Shown here: positions 51,663 to 64,000 of the stretch, one piece after another
Position numbering within the stretch: position 1 is the first letter of the stretch
How the letters are laid out: every line of letters begins with the position of its first letter
Source: Mobula hypostoma
Lineage: Eukaryota
Assembly: GCF_963921235.1 (NCBI RefSeq)
Contig: NC_086097.1
Coordinates: 44,580,001 to 44,644,000 of the forward strand
DNA length: 64,000 nucleotides
Direction of reading: 5' to 3'
The notes under the pieces: generated by a model
The model's input: the letters and a program-made list of their open reading frames with translations, nothing else
Told to the model about the DNA's origin: nothing
The model's database searches: none
Translations under genes and position numbers: made by a program

Positions 51663-54149
51663 AGCCAGTGTCGTCTCCGTGTTACTTTCTACAGAGTAAC
51701 TGCTGTGATAACTGAATTTTACTTGATCTATTTTTATAAGTCTAGTGAAATTGTATAAAAAGTATTTAGGTGTAAATATGTAAGAATTAATTTGGGTTTA
51801 ACTTTTAACAGGATCCTACTAGCTATGTTTTGTGAGACTACAGCTTCATGCCTTATATCAAATGTGTATATATAATATTTTAATAAAATATGTAAGAAAA
51901 TATGATTTATTTTCCTCCCTCCTGCTTCCATTCCCCCATTCCCCACTATATTTGTAGTGTGTGTATATACAAAGTTAATTAACATGGCTGATCCAATGCC
52001 CATCGGTTTCTGGCAGTAATGGTAAATAATGTGAAAGCTTGTCTAATATAATTTATAATGTCATCCTTTGACCATATACAGCATAATAGGGGAATTTTAT
52101 TGGTGATAGTTTGGCTTATTAGTATTCCTATTTTTTCTTCAGTCAACTTCACTAAGACTAATGATCACATTTGATATTTGTGGGGAAACTGACTGCTTCA
52201 AAAGCACTTCATTGATTGTAAAGCACTTTCCGACATCCTGAGGTTATGAAAGCTGTAAATGCAAGTTGCTTTCTCTTGTATGGGTTTATTACAATCACAT
52301 GTAGAGACAGTGACTAAACATTTAGGATTTAGTTACAAAGTTTATTTGTAGTTTTGCAACAATCAGCATTTAAATTGACAGATTATGCCATAATACTTTG
52401 AATGTTACAGTAACACTTAAATGGGCAGAGACCTTCTGTTGCACCCATATCTATTCTTTTTGTAGTACATTGTTACAACCTTGTGAACATCTGCATTTTT
52501 ATATTGCAGAGATCTGATAGGATCTTAAGCCATTGTTTTATTATCAAGCCTATTTCTACAAATTTGGCTGTGACACAGTTTGGTCGCCTGTTCTTCCCCA
52601 TCTCTTCAGTTTCATTTCTGTCGTGTTGTTTTAGTCTTTATTCCCTACTGACACGTGAGCTAGTATACACTTTACTTGGAGCCAGTCACGTTACAGCTAG
52701 GTCTTCAGGAATCACGTCATGTTATTTTAATGTACTGTGATGCCTTGTTCAAGTTGATTCTGATCAACCACAATATAACCATTACATTTTTAGCTTTGTC
52801 ATTACTTGGTGTTGAAATGGAATTGTTACTGATGCAGCAGTCAGTAGTCCTACAGGTGTTGCTGCGAGTATTAGCTAACAGGTAGTTTATGTCATCTGGA
52901 TCCATGTCAATCATTTTCCTACTAAAGGAAGTTTTCAATTTTACAGTAATTTGAGCACATGGATACTTCAATGCTTCAGAATACAAGATGCCTTTGCCTC
53001 TCTGGTGGCTGGCATATTGAGAAGCTTGACAATGGTGGATTGCTAAAATGCTCAGGTCATATTAGTCACATTGACAGAGGTTTAAGATTTATGAAGCTAG
53101 AGTAGTTAGCAGCCCTATTGCTTTTCCTTGTGCTCAGACTATAGAACAGTACAGCATGGGAAGAGGCCACAGTGTTGTGCTGAACCAGCTAAAAAGCAAG
53201 TTGGAAACAACCAAATACTAATCCTGCCTACCTATACTATGTCCCTGTCCCTATCCCTCTAGCTTCCTCGCATCCATGTGTCTATCCAAACATCTCTTAA
53301 AAGCCTGGTATCACCATCCAGGCAACGCATTCCAGGCATCCACGACTTGAGTGAAAAAACACCCAACTTGAACCTACCACTTCTCACCTTCACACCCTCG
53401 TAGATATTCAGAATTTGCCTTTCAGTAACTGCAGAAAGACAGCACTGTTTAATTATGTACTGCTGCTAGTGGTAGGTCTGAGTTATACACTTAAAAATAA
53501 CTATTAAAAGAATAAGTGTACTGCAGTTTAAAGCTTTACTGTTCAAGATGGAATTTTAAAGCACTCCTGGTGTCATTTACCAAATCTTTCAGATTTTGTT
53601 TTAAGAAAAAGAACCAAACTGTTTTGATAGGTCATTTCTAATGCATGAATTCCCACCTGCCCATTTTTGTGCATCATCTGGAAAGTATATAGTGAATCTG
53701 TTTAGATTGTGGACAATTTTAAGTACCATTAAATGAGAATGGGTAGAATTACAGGATTTAATCTCCATTGTAATTTGAGACAAGTGCAATACATACTGGT
53801 CTAACATGTTGAGATTTTCAGCACTTTGAACCAGCTCTAGGTTTCTTTTTCACTGGGCACAGAACACTTTATTTCACAATGCTGAGAGAAGAAAAATTGT
53901 TCCTAGCACTATGATCAACTTTAACTATCAAGCAAATTGCATTTTGAACTGTTTGACTCTGGAATCCTTGATGTCTATATATTGAGCAATTTCCATTTCT
54001 GAATTGAAAATGCATGCTTGATTAACAATACAGTACAGGTTTAGTTTTTAGACAATGAATTTGTGCTGTTTATTGCTCGTTTGAACCTGACTTTTTTTCA
54101 GTATGTACCTTACTATGTAAAGTACCCTGTGAAGACTGGAAGAAAAGAA

Positions 54150-54155
54150 AATAAA
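54150..54155 (+). terminator. Candidate distal polyadenylation signal of SLC25A29 (a proximal AATAAA lies at 51882-51887)
   Basis: AATAAA followed by a GT/T-rich tract (tatgtgctttgaaatgtttttcttt) at the end of an AT-rich, 3'UTR-like region. Confidence 0.4.
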
Positions 54156-54914
54156 ATCTGTATTCACTTAAAATTCCTGTCAGTATGTGCTTTGAAATGT
54201 TTTTCTTTCATCTCTCAAGTCCTCATCAAATGAGTTTTTTCCTCCTTTTGTGAAATATTTTAATTCATTTGGCATATTGAATGAGCATAATGTTAATTAA
54301 TTTTAATGTTAAATTAATCTTTCTTCAAAGATGAAAAATCTTAAATTGAGTAAATATTGCTTTGCTGTAAAAACATTAAAACCATCTAACTGGCTCTTGG
54401 ATGAGGGAAGATCATGTAAAGTATAAATTTCCAGTCCAGGATGGTTAGGCTAAGTGGCCTGTTTCTATACTATCTATGTAGATCACAAATGTTCAAATAG
54501 AATTGTGGTTTTAAAATCTTCATTATTTAAAGTAATAAATTTAAAGTCACACTGTTCTGTGCAAACATAGTCAACTAAATAGATAAGTGCTATTACAGCA
54601 GATAGGGACTACTGTATGATCCTGGAATAAATACTTCCTTCAGTTTATCTGCTGTTTGTATGTTCTCCCTTGGCATTTATTTCTGCAGGGTGCTCCAGTT
54701 TCCTCTTGCATCCCAAATATGCAGGTTGGGTAATTGGATGCTTGAAATTACCTTTGATGTGAGCAAGCAGCAAAAGAATCTAAGAGGACTTTGTGGATGT
54801 GTGCAGGAGAATAACTTTCAGATTCACAGGGAAGTAATTTGCTTTGAGGGGTCTAAATCCATTAGGCTTAAGTAAATTACAATAGAATTGAAAACAGTTA
54901 ACATCTTAGTCTAA

Positions 54915-57900
54915 GTGTATCACCAGTGGGACCATCAGTTGACCTGCCACTTGTCTTCAGGAGTTTCAGCCCGCTTATGATCAAGACTTCCTTGAGGTGG
55001 TGGGCCAGCAGTGCTAAAGCACCACCTCCCACTGGTGAGTTTAAAAACTTGGCATCTCCCTCTATCAGAGCTGTTGGTCACTTCCATCCAACAGATAGTC
55101 TACTCTTCAAGTGTCTATGTAACTACTGAAGGATTTGCAAAAGATAGATACACTGTCCGACTAATTGCCCCTCTGGATTTACTTGGTCCACACCCATGAT
55201 GATCCTTTCTCTGCTGCCTCAGCTACAGCCCTGATGGTTGACTTGATCTCTCTTCTAGTGAGGCCCAGGTCATGCAGCCACTTCTGGAAAGTGAACGCAA
55301 TAAAGCCACGGCAACCTACTTTGAATGGATAGCATGAGACCTTCCACCCTGTCTCTGCACTCTGATCTTTATTCTGCATACTTGGTTACCTTGTGCTCAT
55401 GGGCTTCATCAATGTTGTTTTCCCAGGGGACTCAGTTCACCAATAACCACTTCTGTACTGGTGTCAGACCATATGATTATAGCTGGACGCAATATGGTGA
55501 AAGCTATTTGCTCTAGGAAACTGCCTTTCCCATCCAGGTCGGCATTGACACACCAGTCATTGGCTGAAGAAAGTATGCTTGATCGTGGACTTGCGCTGTA
55601 CACCCTTGACTTGGAGCCTTCCTTCACAAATGATATGCAATGTTCTATGCAGCATGGGGCAGAGATACGTTGTGCTGCAGTACTCTTTGCTCAACTGCTT
55701 CTGTTACAACTTTGAGAACGTTGTTATGTCTCCAAGTGTACATGCCGCTGGAAAGTGACTCTGCATGCACTCAAAAGATGTTGAAGTGTTCCCTTCTTGC
55801 CACAAGCAGCACACCGGTCTGTCGTATCTTCATACCAGTTGCTGAGGTTGGCAGGTGTTGGGAGCAGGTCGTACGCTGCTCTGCATAGAAAAGAAATGCA
55901 GAGCGGTTCCATCTGCCACAGAACATTCCAAGATAGAGGTTGTTGTTCAACACTTTCCCACCAGGTCCAAGCCCCTTGTTTGGCTAGGCCAGCTGTTTTA
56001 GCTAACCTCTTCTCTTCTACCTCAAGTATTTCTTGCGTTACAAGCCCACGGTGCTCCTTACCAGTAGAAGATGACCACCACTTGCGGGTTGTCCATCCAA
56101 GTCCCTGGCGGCCTAGCTGGGTAGCCCCAACCGTCTCCTTGTGCTTCAACTTAGACTCAGCTTCATCAACTGCTACATGGGCTGACCACTTCCTGCCTGA
56201 TCTCACATCCAGCTGGGTGTTCTTGATGACAGGGTCTTTTGAGTCTCAGAGCATCAAGAATGATCTTACCTTGGCTACCTTGACCTCTTCAACAAGGGAT
56301 TGCACTGGGATGGTAAGCTTTGTCTGGCTACTGTGGATTGCAACACTGGAGAGGTTGCTCAGTACTCCAAGCCACTTCTTCACATACTTGATCATCTTCC
56401 GTTCCATTGCCTCAACATGGGTCATTGCCACTTCCTAGACAGTTAGTGGCCACATTATCCGTGGCATCAGTCCGTACTGCAAGCACCACAGCTTCAACTT
56501 GCCAGGCAAGCCACACTTGTTGACAGACATCAGACCTCTGCTGATCTGTTCTCCTGTCTCTTGAACCTTCTTGGTGCCTCTCAGGTCCTCTGTACCATCG
56601 CTCGAGGCTCTTAACTGGTTGGCCCTGAATGGATGGAATCTCCTCTCCACAAAGGGCGAAATGAAAGTCAACCAGCTTTCCTCTCCTAAGAACAAGGCTC
56701 CTTGACTTCTTGGTCTCGAACTTCATTCTTCCCCAATCCATTAAGCTCGAGATAGTACACTTTCCACTGCCTCCATGCTAGGACCCAAAAGGGTGAGATT
56801 GTCCATGAACACTCGTATTGGTGATAACTCCCCTCCACCATCAAGTGCGACACCTGGGCCACTGATTCTGCAGCCCTCACAATGACCTCCATGACCAACA
56901 CAAAAAGGATGGGTGAAATCGCACATCCCATTGGGATTCCAACAGCCAGTCTTCTTCTCAACCTTTTTGACTCCTGGATGGTATGCCCTATCATACTAGT
57001 ATGTTCAAGGCATCCCGGGAAACCTGGTATTCCTGCCTTCTGCACAGATGTATTTACCAATCCATTCTATCACAAATGAAGATATTCTTTCTGCTAGAAT
57101 GCCAACAATCTTCCCCTCTACATTCAGCAGTGAAATTGGTTGGAACTGATACAATGTAGAGTTCTCTTCCTTCGGGATGTATACTCCTTCAGCCTCACTC
57201 CATGACAAAGGAACAACACCTTGTCTCCACACCACCTTTAACAATCTCCACAAGTATTTCCTCAGCTCTTCACACTTCTTGAACACCTTATATATGGCAC
57301 TCTATTAGGTCCTGGCACTGCACCTGACCTTGCCTTTCTGATGAACCGTTTGACTTCTGCCAGATTGACCTTCACTTCTGGCTCGGTAGGCTTCACAAGC
57401 CCTGAAATATCAAACAAAGGAGCCTCCCGCTGTTTGTTAGAGTAAGTGCTTGCCAGGTGATCCTCAAGTTCTTGTTGAAAGATGTTAAGCTGTCCGCTCT
57501 TTCTTTGTTCAAACAATTTCTTTGTGAATGGGTGAGGGGTTCTCAAAGAACGACTTACTTGCCTTCTCCCTCCTTTCTCTACCTCGCGACTCTGCATGAC
57601 TGAGTGATGCTAACTTTAATTGAAAATGCTCTCGGAGATCAGCAAGCCCTGGCTTGTCACCCTCACTTGCTACCTTCCACCTCTGTCTCAACAATCTAAG
57701 CTCTCTCCTCAACCTACTAATCTCCTTCTGGCAGCTGACTGTGTAGGCTTTGCTTTCTTCAACTCAACCAAACCAAACAGGTACTTTCCAACATCGTTAA
57801 TCATATTGCCCATCACTTATAACTTTCTCTTTCATGTTCCCATGAGAGTGTTCTCCAACATCATACTGATATCCTCATCAAACACACGCCAAGCCGCCTC

Positions 57901-58440
57901 ATCTGCCATTACTGGCCACTTGACCTTCCTCTTCTTACCTCCACCTCCATCATGCGAAGGATCTACCTGGGTACTGTGGTCTGAAACCTGACCTGGGTTA
58001 TCTCGTCTGACCTGGAGTATGACGACTCTCTCCAGAGCAAATCGCTGTGGCTTGTGCATTAGTGGTTGAAAAGACCACATCATCTGTGCTTGAAGTAATT
58101 TCATCTTCATCCACTGGGATGGAATAGCACTTCACCTTCGCTAGGTGGACTCGTAAACCTTTAATGCTGGAAAACTCCCACACCAACACATTGGACACTC
58201 AGAGTCTCTTATCCTAGCTCTTGGTCATAGTCATTCCCTGTAATTAACTATATCCGTCCGCTTGGCTCCATCATTCTCCCTCCCTCTCAGAGGACTCCGA
58301 GGGTATGTTTCTCCATGTAAACTAAGAGCTTCAAGTGGTGGGTGCTCTTCTGAGCTGGTGCCAGTCTTTCCTGGCTGTCCGCTGGCACCGAACCATTCCC
58401 AGTTGTGAAACCGGACTATTCCTGGTAGTCACATATACAT
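54915..58440 (-). mobile_element. Decayed RLE-type non-LTR retrotransposon, most like the HERO clade (R2 group)
   Basis: N-terminal Zn-finger-like KGLRVHLAKVKC; PGPN, FQPISLLNVEGK, QKAGIPGFPGCLEH, GIPMGCAISPILF; CAACG..GTLQHLLSAC, RP.II and VGCRGF nuclease-region motifs; many frameshifts. Confidence 0.8.
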
Positions 58441-58562
58441 CTCTGATGGCCATTAAAAGCTACACTATTTAAACAGAATCAGTTGTGTGTGTTTGTGATC
58501 AAAAAGCAATAAACAAAGACAATTCAGAACTGTTCTTAGACACTTTCAAGCATTCAGGCTTA

Positions 58563-58873
58563 AAGTAAAGGCATCCATTAGTCTTGCGAGACCATGGATC
58601 TGCACCTGGAAAGTCTTCATTTTCCAGGGCGCAGGCCTGGGCAAGGTTGTATGGAAGACCAGCAGTTATCAATGCTGCAAGTCTCCCCTCTCCACGACAC
58701 CAATGTTGTCCAATGGAAGGGCATTAGGACCCACACAGCTTGGCACCAGTGTTGTTGCAGAGCAATGTGTGATTAAGTGCCTTGCTCAAGGACACAACAC
58801 GTTCCCTCAGCTGGGGCTCGAACTCACGACCTTCAGGTAGCTAGTCCAATGCCTTAGCCACTTGGCCACGTGC
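58563..58873 (-). mobile_element. tRNA-derived SINE with a CORE-like central domain
   Basis: Minus strand: A box TGGCCAAGTGG, B box GAGTTCGAGCC, then GTGTCCTTGAGCAAGGCACTTAA and a tail ending in short TTTA repeats. Confidence 0.8.
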
Positions 58874-59454
58874 TTAGAGATGCGAGAAACAGCTGAGTTT
58901 AAATTAAACAATTTCACTACTTCAAGTTGGGAACTATGAAGAACCTTGAATGTTACAAAGAAAATGAAGATTGAAGACATAACTTGATAGCATTGTATGA
59001 AGGCAGTCTATATCTGTTTCAGGTGTCTGCACTGATTTTTTTTCATTGCAGACAATGGAAGATTTCCTCTGTCAATTAAGGAACCAATAGTTTTGTAGCC
59101 TCTTATAGAAAATCACACTGTACCAGAAGAGACTGCAGTTATCTTCAAAGCACTGCAATTGCACTGAAACCAATAGGGGCTGTATAATGCAAATAATGTT
59201 CCTTAATCCATCAATTGCATTACAGAAACATACATTATAGCAAAACTAACAACTACGATGAATAAGGATTCCTATTGAGTTCTGGGTGTAGGGGAAAGGG
59301 GAACTGAATAGAATTAATATTTGCATTTGATACACTCAGAATTTGATAAACCACAGGATGCCATGATACAGCCAAAGGTTCTTTATAACCACTTATATTT
59401 ATTAAAAAAAGACATTTGTGCAGAGATTTACCAGAATGCTGCCTGGACTAGAGA

Positions 59455-59880
59455 GCAACCAAGAAAATCTGCAGATGCTGGAAATCCAAGCAACGCACAC
59501 GCAATGCTGGAGGAACTTGGCAGGCTGGGCAACGTAAGGAAAAGAGTACAGTAGACATTTCTGGCTGAAACCCTGGATTGGACAGCATATCTTATGAGGA
59601 GAGGTTGGATGAGCTAGGGCTTCTGTTTTGGAGCAAAGGACTATACAATTTTAACATGATTGGAAGAAAGCATAGGGAGGGGGACAGCAGAGGTAGGTTT
59701 CTTATTGATAAGTATGTGTTTGAAATACACAGCTGGGGTGGTAGTGGAAGTGGGAACATTTAAGAGACTTCAATAAACACATGAATGAAAGAAAAATGGA
59801 GAGCTATGGGGAAAGAGATTGATTTTGTTGTAGGTTGAAGTGTTACACAAAATTATAGGCTGAAGAGGCTGTACTGTTGT
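59455..59880. mobile_element. Penelope pLTR tail (minus) abutting a CR1 3' fragment (plus)
   Basis: tctgcagatgctggaaatccaagcaac...gctggaggaact, then SYEERLDELGL and a CR1 3'UTR. Confidence 0.55.
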
Positions 59881-61929
59881 GTTCCAAGTTGCGCATTGAA
59901 CCTCACAGCACAGTAAAGCTGAATAACCAAATATTTGTTGGAGGTTATGTACAGTATTAACAAATCACTCCAGGTACAGGATAATGAGAAGGAAGGCAGA
60001 TACCCTATGCTACGCAGGTACATTTTAAGGAACCAACCAAAAAAAATCTTACAGTCCTGGTAAGGCTGAGTTGCTTGCACTACAATTTTACAGACTGAAG
60101 TGTCTGGTGAATTGTGTTTAGGATTAACATTCTATCACAAATTGGAGGTGGAGCTTGACATGGTTACTGTGCTACTATTCAAATGACAAAGTTAAATGGC
60201 AGTGTCTTTGGAAAGGCTGTAGTGATCACAAGCCAAGTTTCTTAAGTTACATTTCTCTGGAGGCTTTTGAGGATTTTTCTATGCTTTCCTTAGAAACACT
60301 GTTTGGTACATGGAGCTTACAAAAGAAGAGGGCTATAGGTAACGGTAATTTCTAAAGTACGTACATGTTTGGCACGGCAATGTGGGCCCAAAGGGTCTGT
60401 ATTGTGCTGTAGGTTTTCTATGTTTCTATGATAGCTCATAGTAGTACGCTTACTTTAGAAACCATCCAAAAACACGGCCGCTGGCTAGAGCCAACACCAC
60501 ATATTAAATGGCACTCTTATACCTAATAACTAATTGTCTTAAATAACAACTTTCTTTTAGAAGCAAAACAGTAGATAGGAGTGATGCCTGGACTCAACAG
60601 GCAAGCTACAAATGGCAAGGTGCCTGTACCTAACTTATTCTGAGCTGCAGCACCTTTGCATTTGGACCATTTTCTAGGAATAGAACCCCTACCAATCTCT
60701 CACACCCCACCTCCCCTTCCATAATAGAGGTGATCTATACAACATTGGCAACTATTTCTGGAGCAAGCAAGTCCCTTGTTGACAAACTTGACAAAGGAGT
60801 AGCTTTATGTTGGAATGAACTGGGGGAGAGTTGATGTTGCTTGTGCGTGGGCGAGGAACAAGGGTCCTCAGGGGTTTTTGTGGCTTTTCTGTCATTCATT
60901 CTTTAGGATATTTCTTCTGCTTTGAGGATGTCTGCAGAGAGCAAGAATTACAAGAATTACATTCTCTGATATTAAAATGTAACTATTGAAGCAGTTAAAT
61001 TAATAAAAGTTCCATATCAAAATTCAACTTCAACTTACCAGCATCATCACCATCTAATCAAAGAGCCAATCCCAATGCAGAACAAGATTGATTAGCTGTT
61101 TTATTGCACCAACAGCATTTTCTTTTGCTGCAATATCTCATCAGGAAACTTTTCAACCTTCAACTGAAGTCACTGGAAATCATCACAGCTTTTGTGAAAT
61201 TTTGTAAGCTGCATTATTTCCTAAAATGCAACACATAATATATTCATTGGTTGTAAAGCATAGATGCTCTGAAATTATGAATGGTATTAATCTATATTAA
61301 TAATTTGACTGATTCAGTCTAGCACATTACACCCTATAGTCAGCCATTATCTATTGTACAAGAACTGCCAATCATTTATTTACATCCAATGTGTAAATGT
61401 AGCTAGTATATTGTAAAAATTTGTTCTATTTTTGCGGCATCTTCTATTCTCTTGATCCCAATAAAATGGACACATTAGCAAAAAATCTAAGATGCATATT
61501 CCAAAATTCTGCTAATCTTTTATCATTTGTTACTTGCCAATTTTACCATACCATTGTAATCAAGACTGAACAATTCAGTGATGATTTCATAAAAGCTACC
61601 ACATGAAAAGTTGGTACTTAAATAACAAAAATTAAATAGAATCTATTAAATGAACTATGTATCCATCACTGTGTTAGCTTGAGAATGCTGTCTCTTTTTG
61701 ATAGGACTGGATGCCACTGATGACGTGGCTGCTATGTTAATAACCATTTACTGTCATTCTTTCTACTGTTTGCTGCCACCTTGAGGGTTCTCTTGGATGC
61801 CATTTTATCAAAAGCATTCTCCTCATTCAATCCTATCTTTTGGTGTTATATGCATTTACATTTAGGATGCCTATCAAATAATGTTAATATGTAGTTAAAT
61901 AATGGATAGTGCATCCTTGGACTTGTTTT

Positions 61930-62190
61930 TACAGTAGAGGTGACCCAGGTTCAATTCCCACTGCTACCTGCAAGGAGATCGTACTTTCTCTCCGTGACCA
62001 TGTGGGGTTCCTTCAGGTGCTCCGGTTTCCTCCCACGGTCCAAAGATGTACCATTTGGGAGGTTAATTGGTCATTGTAAATTGTACCATGATTAGGCTAG
62101 GATTAAAGTGGGGGATTGCTGGGCAGTGTGGCTCAAAGGGCCAGAATAGCCTATTCTGTACTCTAACTCAATAAATAACTAAATAAAGAT
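61930..62190 (+). mobile_element. HE1/Mermaid-like V-SINE
   Basis: B box ggttcaattcc, V-domain-like gtgaccatgtgggg..caggtgctccggtttcctcccac, CR1-like tail; related fragments at ~1680-1800, ~10060-10315 and ~54640-54760. Confidence 0.7.
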
Positions 62191-62399
62191 TACTTCTCTA
62201 CTGCCTTTAGTGTATGCCTTTCTTCCGATTTTCATTCATGAGCATCATTTAACAGCCATTTCCTTTGCAGGATTGTTAACAAATTTCCCTCCATATTTAT
62301 AATGGTCAATATTCCACAAACTATAGCAAATCAGATTGCACACTTCCCTACTTCGCTTCATTCTCTCATAAAACATCAAACAGCTTACTTCTTTTCTTA

Positions 62400-63784
62400 G
62401 AACTGGTTTTAATTTGGCCTTTGTCACTGATCAACAAAAAAAGACTTGTGTCAAAGTGATCTAAATTAATTACATATATAAAACACCAAATAATTGCCTA
62501 AGTATTCACCTCTTCAAGTCAGTATTTAGTTGCACTGTGGCAACAATTTTCCCCATTCTTTGCAAAACTGCACAAGCTGTCAGATTGCATGGGGATTCGT
62601 GAGTGAACAGCCCTCTTCAAGCCCAGCCGCAAATTCTCAATTGGATTGAGAACTGGACTCTGACTTGGCCACACCAGGACATTAAATTTGTTGCTTTTAA
62701 GCCATCTGTGTAGCTTTGGCTTTATGCCCAGGATCATTGTCTTGCTGGAAGACAAATCTTCCAAGTCACAGTTCTCTTGCAGACTGCGTCAGATTTCCCT
62801 GTACTTTGCTGCATTCATTTTACCCTCTACCTTCATAAGCGATCCAGGGCCTGCTGCAGTGAAGCATCCCCACAGCATGATGCAGCCCCAGCATGCTTCA
62901 CAGTACGGATGGTGTGTTTTTGATGATGTGTGGGTTTTAGCTTATGCTGAACATAGTCTTTAGTCTGATGGCCAAAAAGCTCAATTTTGGTTTTATCAGA
63001 CCATAGAAGCTTCTTCCAGCTGGGTTCAGTCTCCCAAATACCTTCTGGCACACTTTGGCTGCAATTTCTCAACAGTGGCTTTCTCTTTGCCACTCTCCTT
63101 AAAGCTGCGACTGGTGAAGCACCTGAGCAACAGTTGTTATCAGCAGTCTCTCCCGTCTCAGCCACTGAAGCTTTTAACTCCTCCAGTTGTCATAGGTCTC
63201 TTAGTGGCCTTCCTCACTAGTCCCCTTCTTGCACTCACTCAGTTTTGAGGACGGCCTGCTCTAGGCACATTTACAGCTGTGCCACATTCTTTCCATTTCT
63301 TGATGATTAACTTAACTGTATTCCAAGGGATATTCAGTGACTTGGATATTTTCTTGTAATCATCTCCTGACTTGTGCTTTTCAATAACCTTCTTGCGGAG
63401 TTGCTTGGAGTGTTCTTGTGTCTTCGTGGTGTAGTTTTTGGCCAGGATACTGACCCACCAGTAGTTGGACCTTCCAGATACAGATGTATTCTTTTACAAA
63501 AATTGAAACACCTTGACTGCACACAGGCCTCCAAAAACAACTCAATTTAATTATGTGACTTCCAAAACCAACTGGCTGCACCAGTGATGATTTGGTGTAT
63601 CATACTAAATTTTGTGTCTTACATTTGTAATTAATTTAGATCACTGTGTAGATTTGTTTTCACTTTGATAGGAGTCTTTTTCTGTTGATCAGTGTCAAAA
63701 ATAGTCAAATTAAATTCACTGTGATTCAATGTTGTAAAATGTTAAATCATGTGCAGGGGAGATGAATACTTTTTATAGGCACTA
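62400..63784 (-). mobile_element. Degenerate Tc1-like transposon with long TIRs
   Basis: WPSQSPVLNPIENL, LWSDKTKIELFG and TVKHAG motifs; inverted ends (cactgatcaaca / tgttgatcagtg) and a terminal gaatactttttataggcacta. Confidence 0.85.
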
Positions 63785-64000
63785 TAAATAGGCCAACTAC
63801 ACTAATTACAAATTTGAGTCAATTCTATGCATGCAAACATCAGAAGTTCACAAAGTCAAAGAATATTTCACACAGAACAAAGATACAAACAGAAAAGGAA
63901 ATAATTGTTTTCAGAAGTATGATTTATCTATGTTCCATGAAAATTATTTTAAAATACAAGCTCTTGGAGAAGTCTTACGAAAATTACTATTAAAAATGGG

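Noticed and set aside
58800..58873. tRNA-like sequence on the minus strand
   Set aside because: No proper acceptor stem or terminator; it continues into a SINE body, so it is a SINE head and not a tRNA gene
1..64000. CRISPR arrays, prokaryotic operons, rRNA, or exons of neighbouring genes
   Set aside because: No regularly spaced repeats, no operon-like gene density and no further spliceable host coding sequence recognised

Overview
Vertebrate genomic DNA. The repeat set (HE1-like V-SINEs, abundant CR1, Rex-Babar and Penelope copies) suggests a cartilaginous fish, probably a ray; this is inference. The window holds one host gene on the + strand, the mitochondrial basic amino acid carrier SLC25A29: four coding exons (5394-5427, 23346-23389, 25882-25965, 50919-51662; 301 aa) behind a CpG-island promoter. 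The rest is mostly layered transposons. These are a near-intact full-length L1 nested with a 14-bp TSD inside a CR1, a second long CR1, a full-length Neptune-type Penelope-like element with two pseudo-LTRs, a decayed HERO-like RLE retrotransposon, Tc1, Tigger, hAT and Harbinger DNA elements, and SINEs. The most interesting signal is a set of minimal hammerhead ribozyme motifs carried by Penelope pseudo-LTRs. One fully intact copy lies in sense in intron 3, about 510 nt upstream of exon 4, with a tandem partner 3.5 kb upstream. Several short fold-back derivatives are centred on the same motif. Family names come from motif recognition only; no database search was run.
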